Shown: positions 7,720 through 16,987 of the stretch, piece after piece
Numbering within the stretch: position 1 is the stretch's first letter
How the letters are laid out: each line of letters begins with the position of its first letter
The notes under the pieces: model-generated
Seen by the model: only the letters and a program-made list of their open reading frames with translations
What the model was told of the DNA's origin: nothing
Databases searched by the model: none
Program-made: the position numbers and the translations under genes
Source of the DNA: Elusimicrobiota bacterium
GTDB taxonomy: Bacteria > Elusimicrobiota > Elusimicrobia > Elusimicrobiales > UBA9959
DNA length: 58,562 bases
Direction: 5' to 3'
Assembly: GCA_027340875.1 (NCBI GenBank)
Contig: DAIENX010000009.1
Location: 1 to 58,562 of the forward strand

Positions 7720-8445
7720 ATGAAAATAGGCGCTGCTCTGGATTTTAACCTGATAGACTATCCCGGCAAGATAGCCGCGATGGCGTTCACCACGCTCTGC
7801 AACTACCAGTGCCCGCACTGCCACGCGGCGCCGCTGCTTAAAGGCTCCGGCGACATAGGCGTCGAGGGCTTTCTCGGCTACCTGGACACGGTCAAGGACT
7901 GGGTCAACGGCGTGGTCATCTGCGGCGGAGAGCCCACGCTGCAGCCCGGGCTGAAGCCGTTCCTGGGCCGCCTGCGCGAACGCGGCCTGTCCATAAAGCT
8001 GGACACCAACGGCAGCAATCCCAAGGTCCTCGAGCAGCTGCTGGGCGAAGGGCTGGTGGACTACGTGGCCATGGACGTGAAGGGGCCGAAGTTCCTGTGG
8101 CCGGCCACGGCCGGGGTGGAAGGGCACGAGGAGGCCATGGCCGAGAGCCTGAAGCTGGTGGCCAGGTTCCCCGACTACGAATTCCGCACCACGGTGGCCC
8201 CGGTGGTCAGGGCCGGGGAGGATATCTCCTTCCTGACCGTGCCGGAGATGGCCGCCGCGGCCCGCCTGATAGTCAGCGCCACCGGCGGCAGCGCCCACAA
8301 GTATTTCGTGCAGAAGTTCGTGCCCCGGAAGGACGGCCTCCTCGACAGCCGCCTGGAGTCCTTCCCGGAGACGCCGCACCAGCTCCTGACGGATATACAC
8401 AAGGAAGTCTGTAAGCACATACCTGACAGCCGTATAAGGGGATAA
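7720..8445 (+). CDS. nrdG: Anaerobic ribonucleotide reductase activating enzyme (radical SAM)
   Basis: IDYPGK, CNYQCPHCH (CxxxCxxC), GGEPTL, KLDTNG, AMDVK, EFRTT; follows nrdD. Confidence 0.93.
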   Translation: MKIGAALDFNLIDYPGKIAAMAFTTLCNYQCPHCHAAPLLKGSGDIGVEGFLGYLDTVKDWVNGVVICGGEPTLQPGLKPFLGRLRERGLSIKLDTNGSNPKVLEQLLGEGLVDYVAMDVKGPKFLWPATAGVEGHEEAMAESLKLVARFPDYEFRTTVAPVVRAGEDISFLTVPEMAAAARLIVSATGGSAHKYFVQKFVPRKDGLLDSRLESFPETPHQLLTDIHKEVCKHIPDSRIRG

Positions 8446-8446
8446 C

Positions 8447-8890
<444 letters not shown>

Positions 8891-8903
8891 AGACCGGACC
8901 TGC

Positions 8904-8945
8904 AAAAAAGGAAAGGCCGGGAGTTTTCTCCCGGCCTTCCTTTTT
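8904..8945. terminator. Bidirectional intrinsic terminator (dut / pruA)
   Basis: A-tract, AAGGCCGGGAG-TTTT-CTCCCGGCCTT hairpin, T-tract. Confidence 0.85.
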
Positions 8946-8958
8946 CCAGGCGTCAGGT

Positions 8959-10593
8959 TCAGGCCTTGTCCTTCTGCATGAAGGGGTAGGCGTAGGCGTA
9001 GGGAGGCACGAAGTTCTCCTTCACGGCGCGCGGGGAGGTCCAGCGCATCATGTTCAGGAGCGAACCGGCCTTGTCGTTGGTGCCAGAGGCCCTGGCCCCG
9101 CCGAACGGCTGCTGGCCTACCACGGCGCCGGTGGGCTTGTCGTTGATGTAGAAGTTGCCCGCGGCGTTCTCCAGCCTGTCGAAGGTCTTCAGTATCGCCG
9201 CCCTGTCCTGCGCGAAGATCGCGCCGGTCAGCGCGTACGGCGAGGTCTGGTCGCAGAGGCGCAGGGTCTCGTCGAACTTCTTATCGTCGTAGACGTAGAC
9301 CGTCATGACGGGCCCGAAGATCTCCTCCTGCATGGTCTTGAAGTCCGGCCTCGAGGCCTTTATCAGCGTCGGGCGTATGAAGTAGCCCTTGGAGTCGTCG
9401 TACCTGCCGCCGGCCAGTATCTTGCCGCCGCGGTCCTTGGCGGCGAAGTCTATGTAGCCGGTGATGCTCGCGAAGGCGTTCTTGTCTATGACGGCGTTGA
9501 CGAAGTTGGAGAAGTCCTCGGCCGGGCCCATCTTCAGGCCTTCTATCTGGGAGACCAGGTCGTCCTTGATCTTGTTCCAGACCGACTTGGGTATGTACGA
9601 GCGGCTGGCGGCCGAGCACTTCTGGCCCTGGAACTCGTAGGCGCCGCGCACGATCGCGCACTTGAGGGCCTCAACATCGCAGGAGGGGTGCGCGAAGATG
9701 AAGTCCTTGCCGCCGGTCTCGCCCACTATGCGCGGGTAGCCCTTGTACTTGTGGAAGTTGCCCACTATGGTCTTCCACATGCCGTTGAAGACGCCGGTGG
9801 AGCCGGTGAAGTGCAGGCCCATGAAGTCCGGGTTGTTGATGACCGGGTCTCCCACCTCGCCTCCGGAGCCGGGCAGCATGTTGATGACGCCGTCCGGGAG
9901 CCCCGCGGCCTGCCAGAGCTTCATCAGAAAATAGCCGGAGTAGACGGCCGTGGAGGCTGGCTTCCACAGCACGGTATTGCCCATGATGGCCGGCGCCGTC
10001 GGCAGGTTGCCGGCGATGGACGTGAAGTTGAACGGCGTGACCGCGAAGACGAAGCCCTCGAGCGGCCTGTAGTCCACGTAGTTCCAGTTGCCGCGCGGGG
10101 ATAGGGGCTGCTGGGAGTAGATCTGCTCGGCGAAATATGTGTTGAAGCGGTAGAAGTCGGCCAGCTCGCAGGCGGAGTCTATCTCTGCCTGAAACGGGGT
10201 CTTGGACTGTCCTATCATCGTGGCCGCGTTCAGGGTCTGGCGCCAGGTGGTGGCCAGCAGGTCGCCGGCCTTCAGGAAAATGGCCGCGCGGGCGTGCCAG
10301 GGCATCTTCGCCCAGGTCTTCCTGGCCTGTGCCGCTGCGCGGACGGCCAGCTGCACTTCTTTCGGGCCGGCCTTGTGGAAGCGGCCTATGACCTTCCTGT
10401 TCTCGTGCGGTATGACTATGTCCACGGTGCGGCCGGTGCGTATCTCACGCCCGCCTATGACGAGGGGGATATCTATGACCTGGCCGCGCAGCTCGGCTAG
10501 CTTGGCCTTGAGCTCCTTGCGCTCCGGCGTGCCGGGCGCGTAGCTGAGCACCGGCTCGTTGACCGGCTTTGGTACCTGAAGAATGGTGTTCAT
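8959..10593 (-). CDS. pruA: L-glutamate gamma-semialdehyde (P5C) dehydrogenase
   Basis: NEPVLSYAPG, AEIDSACE, PFNFT, FTGST, GETGGKDF, QGQKCSA, EEIFGP, QQPFGGARASGTNDKAG. Confidence 0.96.
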   Translation of the reverse strand: MNTILQVPKPVNEPVLSYAPGTPERKELKAKLAELRGQVIDIPLVIGGREIRTGRTVDIVIPHENRKVIGRFHKAGPKEVQLAVRAAAQARKTWAKMPWHARAAIFLKAGDLLATTWRQTLNAATMIGQSKTPFQAEIDSACELADFYRFNTYFAEQIYSQQPLSPRGNWNYVDYRPLEGFVFAVTPFNFTSIAGNLPTAPAIMGNTVLWKPASTAVYSGYFLMKLWQAAGLPDGVINMLPGSGGEVGDPVINNPDFMGLHFTGSTGVFNGMWKTIVGNFHKYKGYPRIVGETGGKDFIFAHPSCDVEALKCAIVRGAYEFQGQKCSAASRSYIPKSVWNKIKDDLVSQIEGLKMGPAEDFSNFVNAVIDKNAFASITGYIDFAAKDRGGKILAGGRYDDSKGYFIRPTLIKASRPDFKTMQEEIFGPVMTVYVYDDKKFDETLRLCDQTSPYALTGAIFAQDRAAILKTFDRLENAAGNFYINDKPTGAVVGQQPFGGARASGTNDKAGSLLNMMRWTSPRAVKENFVPPYAYAYPFMQKDKA

Positions 10594-10672
10594 CGTGCCT
10601 CCGTTCGGCTGTACGTCTATTGGAATATTATCAATTTGGGGAAATATTAGTATAGGGCGCGGCCGCCCGCTC

Positions 10673-10698
10673 CCGATATATTTTGTAAACTATATCGG
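10673..10698. promoter_or_regulatory. ModE-type operator palindrome
   Basis: CCGATATA-N10-TATATCGG perfect inverted repeat directly abutting the ATG of the ModE-like gene. Confidence 0.7.
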
Positions 10699-11046
10699 AT
10701 GCGGATAAAAATAAGACTGGGACTGCGGGACGCCGCCGGCGAGCCTTTCATGGGCATAGGCCTGGTCTGGCTGCTGCGCGGCGTGCAGCGCTCCGGTTCT
10801 CTCAGCGCTTCGGCCAGGGAGATGGGCATGTCCTATTCCAAGGCGCACGGCCTTGTACGGAAGCTGGAGGCCGCGCTGGGCTGCGGCGTGCTGGCCCGGG
10901 AGCGAGGCGGCAGCGGGCGAGGCGGCTCTTCCCTCACCCCGCGAGGCCTGCGTTTTCTCGAGCGCTTCGAGGCCATGGACGCCTCGGTGAAGAAGCAGGC
11001 CGAGGCCATCTTTCGCAGGTCCTTTCCCGGGGGGAAACTGGCATGA
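10699..11046 (+). CDS. ModE-family winged-helix regulator (N-terminal domain only)
   Basis: FMGIG..LL..V...GSLSASAREMGMSYSKAH...LE..LG...RGG..GGSSLT; no TOBE/molybdate-binding domain. Confidence 0.88.
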   Translation: MRIKIRLGLRDAAGEPFMGIGLVWLLRGVQRSGSLSASAREMGMSYSKAHGLVRKLEAALGCGVLARERGGSGRGGSSLTPRGLRFLERFEAMDASVKKQAEAIFRRSFPGGKLA

Positions 11047-12047
11047 GCCTGCGCCGGATCTCTTTCTCGCCCGGGGAATGGACCGGCGCCCTGGGCGACC
11101 TGGGCATCAGCGTGCCGGTGCTGCTGGCGCTGTCCGCCTCCGGCTCGCTCGATCTCTCCCGGGCGCTGCTGCTTTTCGGCGCGGTCTATATAGGCGCGGG
11201 GCTTTATTTCAGGCTTCCGATACCCGTGCAGCCGCTCAAGGCCGCTACCGCGTTGGTAATAGCAAGAGGGCTCGGCGGAGCGGCACTGCGGGCCTGCGCC
11301 CTCTGGATGGCCGCCATCCTCGCCGTCTTCTCGCTGACCGGCTTCTCGGACAGGATCAACCGCCTTTTCACCCGCACCATAGTCAGGGGCATACAGCTGG
11401 GCGTGGGCCTGCTGCTGCTGAAGGCCGCCTACAAATTGCTGCTGTCCTCTCCGCACTCCGGCGCGGCGGCCGTGGTCACGGCCGGTTTCCCTTCCCTGCC
11501 CGAGCTGGTTTCCGCTTTCTGGGTGCTGGTGCTGCCGCAGCTGCCGCTGACGCTCGGCAACTCCGTGGCTGCCACCTGCGACGTCAGCGCCGGCTACTTC
11601 GGGGAAGAGGCCGGAAGAGTGCGGCCGTGCTCCGTCACCATGTCCATAGCGCTTTCGAACCTTGCCGCCGGCCTGCTGGACGGCATGCCCGTATGCCACG
11701 GCTCCGGCGGCGTGACCGCGCACCATAAGTTCGGCGCGAGAACGGCCGGCTCCACCATCATCCTGGGCTCCGCTTTCATACTGCTGGCGCTGGGGCTGGG
11801 CTCGGCCGGGGCCGCGGCCGCGCTGGCCGCCATCCCCCGCTGGCTGCTGGCCGGCCTGCTGGCCTGGACCGGCCTGCTGCACGCGCGGCTGGTGCTGGAC
11901 CCGAAGGCCGTGCTGCCGGTGGCGCTGGCCATGGGCGCGCTGGGGCTGGCCACCAGCAACCTTTCTTATTCGCTGGCGCTGGGGCTCGCGGCCGAAGGAG
12001 CGCTGCGCTGGACGCCGCTCTCGCGGCTGCAGGGGGCCAGGTCATGA
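11043..12047 (+). CDS. MOT1-family putative molybdate transporter
   Basis: EWTGALGDLG, PIPVQPLKA, PQLPLTLGNS, MPVCHGSGG and HKFGART motifs; very hydrophobic. Confidence 0.88.
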   Translation: MSLRRISFSPGEWTGALGDLGISVPVLLALSASGSLDLSRALLLFGAVYIGAGLYFRLPIPVQPLKAATALVIARGLGGAALRACALWMAAILAVFSLTGFSDRINRLFTRTIVRGIQLGVGLLLLKAAYKLLLSSPHSGAAAVVTAGFPSLPELVSAFWVLVLPQLPLTLGNSVAATCDVSAGYFGEEAGRVRPCSVTMSIALSNLAAGLLDGMPVCHGSGGVTAHHKFGARTAGSTIILGSAFILLALGLGSAGAAAALAAIPRWLLAGLLAWTGLLHARLVLDPKAVLPVALAMGALGLATSNLSYSLALGLAAEGALRWTPLSRLQGARS

Positions 12048-13216
12048 TAAGCTTCGAAGAGGCCAGGGCCGCGGTGCTTAAGCGGGCGAGAAAGCTCCCT
12101 GCCGCGGGGGTGCGCCTGCAGGAGTCGGCGGGGCGCATCCTGGCCGTGGACGTCAGGTCGCCGCTCGACATGCCGCCTTTCGACAAGGCGCTGGTGGACG
12201 GTTACGCCGTGCGCTCGCGCGACGTGAAGGCCGGAACGGGATTGAAGAACGCCGGGCTGATACAGGCCGGCGGGCGCGTCCGGACCCTGCCCGCCGGGAC
12301 CTGTCTGAAGATCATGACCGGAGCTCCCGTGCCGCGCGGGGCCGACGCGGTGGTCATGGTGGAGCTGACGCGGGAGGATGGCGGGCTGGTGCGGTTCGAT
12401 GCCGCCATAAAAAAAGGCGCCGGCATATCCCGGCGCGGTTCAGATATGAAGCGCGGACAACTGATACTGCGGCGCGGCTCGGAGATCCGGACCTCGCATA
12501 TCGCCGCGCTGGCCGCAGCCGGCAATGGTTTCCTGCGCTGCGGAGGGCTGCCTTCCGTCTCGGTGGTGAATACCGGCGGGGAAATAGTCCAGCCGGGCGG
12601 GGAACTTTCCGGTGGCAGCATCTACAACAGCAACGGGCCCATGCTGGCCGCGCTGCTGCGCGGGGACGGCATAAAGGCCGCGCCCGTCATAGTCCGCGAC
12701 GAGCCGGCCCGGCTCAGGGCCGCGCTTTCGAAGGCGCTGAAGGCGGATATCGTCCTGGTTTCCGGCGGTGTCTCTATGGGCGACTACGACCTTGTCCCCT
12801 GCGTTCTGAAGTCCCTCGGGGTCAGGCAGGTGTTCCACAAGGTGAAGGTGCGGCCCGGCAAGCCGATGTTCTTCGGCGTGAAGGGGCGGAAGCTGGTCTT
12901 CGGCATACCGGGCAACCCGCTGGCGAACTTCATGGCGTATCACGCCTACGTGCGTCCGGCCATACTGAAGATGGCCGGCTCCGCCGTTCCCGGCCCTGAA
13001 TTTACCGCGGGCAGCTGCGCTTCGGCCTTCAGGCCGCGCACGCCCAGGCTGGCCATGGAGCTGTCGGCCGTCAGAGCCGCGTATTCCATCCGGCCTCTCC
13101 GGCAGAACGGCTCAGCCGACGTGCTGGCCCTGGCGGCTTCGGACGCTTTCACTATGGTGCCGGAGAACGGCGAACTGAAGAAGGGCGCCAAGGGCAGGTT
13201 CCTCGGATGGCGATAG
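12044..13216 (+). CDS. moeA: Molybdopterin molybdotransferase MoeA
   Basis: PPFDKALVDGYAV, IMTGAPVP.GADAVV, TGGE, SGGVSMGDYD, RPGKP, PGNP. Confidence 0.95.
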   Translation: MISFEEARAAVLKRARKLPAAGVRLQESAGRILAVDVRSPLDMPPFDKALVDGYAVRSRDVKAGTGLKNAGLIQAGGRVRTLPAGTCLKIMTGAPVPRGADAVVMVELTREDGGLVRFDAAIKKGAGISRRGSDMKRGQLILRRGSEIRTSHIAALAAAGNGFLRCGGLPSVSVVNTGGEIVQPGGELSGGSIYNSNGPMLAALLRGDGIKAAPVIVRDEPARLRAALSKALKADIVLVSGGVSMGDYDLVPCVLKSLGVRQVFHKVKVRPGKPMFFGVKGRKLVFGIPGNPLANFMAYHAYVRPAILKMAGSAVPGPEFTAGSCASAFRPRTPRLAMELSAVRAAYSIRPLRQNGSADVLALAASDAFTMVPENGELKKGAKGRFLGWR

Positions 13217-14163
13217 ACTACCTCAGGCTGTCGCTCACCGACAGGTGCAACCTGAACTGCGTCTACTGCACGCCGCGGGAGCGGCAGGATTTCCTCTCGC
13301 ACGAGGACCTGCTGCGCCACGAGGAACTGGCGCGCGCCGCGGCCTCTTTCGTGAGGCTCGGGGTCAGGAAGATAAGGCTGACGGGCGGCGAGCCGTTGCT
13401 GAAGAAGGACCTTCCCGTCCTGGTGAGGCTGCTGCGCGGCATAAGCGGCCTGCGCGAGCTCGCCCTCACCACCAACGGGGTGCTGCTGAAGGACCTGGCC
13501 GTTCCGCTGCGCGAGGCCGGGCTGGACCGGGTGAACGTAAGCCTGGACAGCCTGGACCCTGCCGTCTTCAAAAAGATAACCGGCAGCGCCGCGCTGGAGA
13601 ATTCCTGGGACGGCCTGATGGCGGCGCTCCGGGCCGGCTTCCGGGAAGTGAAGCTGAACATGGTGGTGATGCGCGGGCTCAACGACGGGGAGGTGTCCGA
13701 GTTCGCCCGCCTGGCCCTGGATTTTCCTCTGACGGTGCGCTTCATAGAGTTCTTCCCGACCAACGGCCGTTCCGCCGGGCTGAAGGGCGCGCTGGTGCCG
13801 AACGCCGAGACCCGGAAGCGCGTGGAGGCCGCCTACGGGCCGCTGCGCGAGCTGCCCCCCGGGCCTTCCGACGGCCCCGCCCGCGTATTTACCCGCGCGG
13901 GAGCCAGGGGCAAGATCGGCTTCATCAGCGGGCGCAGCGACAATTTTTGCGGAGCCTGCGGCCGCATCAGGATGGACTCCGTAGGCCGGGTCTATCCCTG
14001 CCTGTTCTCTGCGCCGACGCACAGCATCAGGGAACTGCTCAGGTCCGGGGCCCCCGACGCGGCTTTGGACGAGTACCTGGGCGGAGCTTTCAAGGTAAAG
14101 CCGAAGCACGGCAAGGAGTCGGAGTACGCCGGCGATATAGAGATGAGCGGACGCGGCGGATAG
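13207..14163 (+). CDS. moaA: GTP 3',8-cyclase MoaA
   Basis: YLRLSLTDRCNLNCVYC, TGGEPL, FCGACGRIR...CL, C-terminal GG. Confidence 0.96.
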   Translation: MAIDYLRLSLTDRCNLNCVYCTPRERQDFLSHEDLLRHEELARAAASFVRLGVRKIRLTGGEPLLKKDLPVLVRLLRGISGLRELALTTNGVLLKDLAVPLREAGLDRVNVSLDSLDPAVFKKITGSAALENSWDGLMAALRAGFREVKLNMVVMRGLNDGEVSEFARLALDFPLTVRFIEFFPTNGRSAGLKGALVPNAETRKRVEAAYGPLRELPPGPSDGPARVFTRAGARGKIGFISGRSDNFCGACGRIRMDSVGRVYPCLFSAPTHSIRELLRSGAPDAALDEYLGGAFKVKPKHGKESEYAGDIEMSGRGG

Positions 14164-14169
14164 GCTGGC

Positions 14170-14322
14170 GGATGGCGTTGTGATGGGTTCGGAGGGCCGT
14201 CGCGGACCGAAGCCGCTTGCGCAGCGCGGCGAGGGAGTGGAGCGGAGCGACACCGCAGTGTGACGAGGGGCGAGCACGGTGTGCGAGACCCCGTGCCCGG
14301 CGGGCCCATCACAACACCATCC
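14170..14322. repeat. Intergenic palindromic repeat, family B
   Basis: Core GGAGGGCCGTCGCGGACCGAAG...GAGCACGGTGTGCGAGACC shared with 31353-31438; outer stem GGATGGCGTTGTGATGGG/CCCATCACAACACCATCC. Confidence 0.85.
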
Positions 14323-14359
14323 TCCCTATTGTGGTAACGAATTACGGAACGGAGATCTT

Positions 14360-14821
14360 ATGATAGATGTCGGAAATAAAAAGGATACGAAGAGGACGGC
14401 GAGGGCGCAGGCTTATGTAAAGCTCAACCCGGAGATAGTGCGGCTGATAAAGGCCGGCAAGCTCCCCAAGGGCGACGTGCTGCAGGCCGCCCGCTTCGCC
14501 GGCATACTGGCCGCCAAGAACACGGCCGGCCTGATACCGCTCTGCCACAACCTCCCGCTGAACTACGTGGGCGTGGATTTCAAGGTGGAGAACGCGGGGG
14601 TGCGCATAGCGACGGAAGCCCGCTGCACCGGCAAGACCGGCGTGGAGATGGAGGCCCTGGTGGCGGCCAGTACCGCGGCTCTCACCATCTACGACATGTG
14701 CAAGATGTTTTCGCAGGACTTGGAGATAGGCGGAATATTCCTGCTGGAGAAGAAGGGCGGCAAAAGCGGACATTACGAGCGGAAATACGGTCGTGGCCGG
14801 ACCGCGCGGATAGCGGTGTAA
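14360..14821 (+). CDS. moaC: Cyclic pyranopterin monophosphate synthase MoaC
   Basis: MIDVGNK..T.RTA.A, KGDVL, LIPLCH, TGVEMEAL, TIYDMCK, KKGGKSG; start reassigned to the ATG at 14360 (GGAG SD). Confidence 0.96.
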   Translation: MIDVGNKKDTKRTARAQAYVKLNPEIVRLIKAGKLPKGDVLQAARFAGILAAKNTAGLIPLCHNLPLNYVGVDFKVENAGVRIATEARCTGKTGVEMEALVAASTAALTIYDMCKMFSQDLEIGGIFLLEKKGGKSGHYERKYGRGRTARIAV

Positions 14822-14870
14822 GGTTTAAGGTTCTTCCGGAAATGCCGATGGCACTTTTATCGGCAGCGTG

Positions 14871-14985
14871 CGGGGTGAAGTGTCCGCGCGACTTTGGGGA
14901 AGGGGGACCCGCCCATAATTTCCCCAGGGCGGGGGGAACCGCGCAACGGTTCCCCTCTGCCCAGGAGCGCGGACACTTCGCCCCG
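14871..14985. repeat. Intergenic palindromic repeat, family A copy 2 (inverted)
   Basis: Core 14888-14968 is the reverse complement of 2640-2720; different outer stem CGGGGTGAAGTGTCCGCGC/GCGCGGACACTTCGCCCCG. Confidence 0.85.
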
Positions 14986-15048
14986 TGCGCTGTCCTGGAA
15001 GATGCCGGGACCCATGCTAACCCCGGAAGAGCCAAGGTTTAATACAAT

Positions 15049-15504
15049 ATGAGCATGGGCAGGATATTTTCCATCAATCTCAGCTCGGCCAAGGGCGTGC
15101 CCAAGGAGCGGCGCGGCCGGGCCTTGCTGCTTAAAGGCCTGGGTCTGGAAGGCGACGCCCATGCCGGCACGGATATCCGCCAGGTGAGCCTGCTGGACAT
15201 CGAGAGCGTGCGCTGCCAGATCGCCGACGCGAAGGCGAAGGGCGCCTCGGTGGAGATCCGCCCCGGTATATACGCCGAGAATATCACCACCGAAGGTCTC
15301 GCGCTTTCGGAGCTGAAGATAGGCGAAACGCTGAAGGCGGGGGAGACCGCCCTGCTCAGGATCTCGCAGATAGGCAAGGAATGCCACGACCGCTGCGCCA
15401 TCTATCGCGAGGTGGGCGACTGCATCATGCCGAGGAAAGGCATATTCGCGGAAGTCGTAGAAGGCGGGGAGATAACGGTGGGGGATGAAATTGAAAAGCT
15501 TTAA
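15049..15504 (+). CDS. MOSC domain protein
   Basis: GLEGDAHAG..RQVSLL, G.YAENITT.G, QIGKECH..C, CIMPR.GIFA.V. Confidence 0.9.
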   Translation: MSMGRIFSINLSSAKGVPKERRGRALLLKGLGLEGDAHAGTDIRQVSLLDIESVRCQIADAKAKGASVEIRPGIYAENITTEGLALSELKIGETLKAGETALLRISQIGKECHDRCAIYREVGDCIMPRKGIFAEVVEGGEITVGDEIEKL

Positions 15505-15973
15505 GGCGGCGGTGCTTACTTCGAGCGACAGATGCTCTCGCGGCGAGGCCGCTGACGAGAGCGGCCGGCTGGTCTCCGAGCTGGTAAGGACATCAGGCGG
15601 GGTCACCGTGGCCCATGACGTGGTGCCGGACGAACTCGAGGTCATCAAGGCCAGGCTCCTGGCCTATTGCGATGAGCTGAAGGCCGACCTGGTAATTACC
15701 ACAGGCGGCACCGGCTTCGGCCGGAGGGACGTTACCCCGGAGGCCACGGCGCAGGTGATGGAGCGCGCCATCCCCGGCCTGCCCGAGCTCATGCGGTCCG
15801 AGGGCCTGAAGAAGACTAAGAAGGCCGCGCTGTCCCGCGGCATAGCCGGTATACGGGGGAACACCATCATCATCAACCTGCCCGGCAGTCCCAAAGCGGT
15901 GAGGGAATCGCTGGAGGCGGTGCTGGACCTTATACCGCACGCGCTGGAGATGCTGCACGGCGGGGGACATTGA
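15485..15973 (+). CDS. mogA: Molybdopterin adenylyltransferase (MogA/MoaB family)
   Basis: SD..S.G...DESG, TTGGTG...RDVTPEAT, LSR..AGIR, NLPGSPKAV.E. Confidence 0.93.
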   Translation: MKLKSFKAAVLTSSDRCSRGEAADESGRLVSELVRTSGGVTVAHDVVPDELEVIKARLLAYCDELKADLVITTGGTGFGRRDVTPEATAQVMERAIPGLPELMRSEGLKKTKKAALSRGIAGIRGNTIIINLPGSPKAVRESLEAVLDLIPHALEMLHGGGH

Positions 15974-15989
15974 CCGGCCGGCTTTCCAG

Positions 15990-16931
15990 ATGAACGAAAG
16001 AAAGCTCAAAAGGATCTCGGCCGGCCTGTGCGCCGGCTGGGAGAAGAAACCGGACAAGGTCCTGGGGGCCGTCCTTGCCGCCTTTTCTCGCCGGCCTGCC
16101 GGGAGAGGACTGAGGTTCTCCGACGACGGTTATATCATGTCCCTGGCAGGGGACAGCGGCTCCCTGCGCTTCTTCGCCGGGCTGGACTGCAGGCTGGACC
16201 TGCTCCGCCCGGCCGCGTCCCGCTCGCTGGTGAGACTGCGGCTGAATAATTTTTCCGCTCTGTGCCGGTCGCTTAACCGCTGTCCAGGTTTTTCTTTAGA
16301 CGCGGACCTCGCCTCGGACCTGGCGGAGCGGCTGCTGCGCGACGGCCGGCTTCCCGGCTGGCCGTTCTTCGGCGCCAAGCTGAAGCCGGACGGCGGCTGC
16401 GTCCTCACCGTCTATTTCAGCAACACTCCCTGGGAAGAAGGGCTCGGCTGGACCAATATCGGCGCCATTCTGGAGCTTGCGGGGCTGAAACCGGGGGGGA
16501 TGGAAAAATTACGCCTGACGGGCGCATTCGACTGCGCCGGGATCTCGCTTTCCTCCGACGGCGGCAGAAGCCTCAAGATATACACCCGCTTCCCGTTCCT
16601 CGCCGCTGGCGGCGGCCTGGCCGCTCTCCGCAGGCTGCACGGCGCCGTGGGCGCCGGCTTCCTGAAGCGCTGCTGGAAGGCGGCCGAAAGCCGCCCTGTC
16701 AGGCACTGGACCAACGCCTACGGCTTCGAGCCCGGCACGGGACGGCCGGTCTCGGTCAAGACCGAGATGCATTTTCGCGAGCCTGTGCCCGCCGCGGAGG
16801 CGATGCGCCTGCTGGACATAGCGCCCGGCTCCCGGGAGGGAGCTCAGTGGCGCTTGCTGCTGGAGCACGGCTGCGCCGTGACGACCCTGGCGGCGCAGAA
16901 AGGGCTGCGCACGCTGTATTTTACGGCCTAG
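15990..16931 (+). CDS. Hypothetical protein, possibly ABBA aromatic prenyltransferase-like fold
   Basis: Fills the gap between mogA and the radical SAM gene; repeated G-x-x-hydrophobic...K/T-x-Y strand pairs (GAKL...LTVYF, GISL...LKIY, GFE...VKTEMHF, RTLYF). The fold call is inference. Confidence 0.6.
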   Translation: MNERKLKRISAGLCAGWEKKPDKVLGAVLAAFSRRPAGRGLRFSDDGYIMSLAGDSGSLRFFAGLDCRLDLLRPAASRSLVRLRLNNFSALCRSLNRCPGFSLDADLASDLAERLLRDGRLPGWPFFGAKLKPDGGCVLTVYFSNTPWEEGLGWTNIGAILELAGLKPGGMEKLRLTGAFDCAGISLSSDGGRSLKIYTRFPFLAAGGGLAALRRLHGAVGAGFLKRCWKAAESRPVRHWTNAYGFEPGTGRPVSVKTEMHFREPVPAAEAMRLLDIAPGSREGAQWRLLLEHGCAVTTLAAQKGLRTLYFTA

Positions 16932-16987
16932 CCGCCGCGGATTTCTAATTGATATCTTAAACACGAGTTTGATAGATTAACTAAATC

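Noticed and set aside
10594..10698. Moco/tungsten riboswitch upstream of the Moco cluster
   Set aside because: The interval is short and AT-rich with no multi-stem structure; the ModE-type palindrome explains the regulation.
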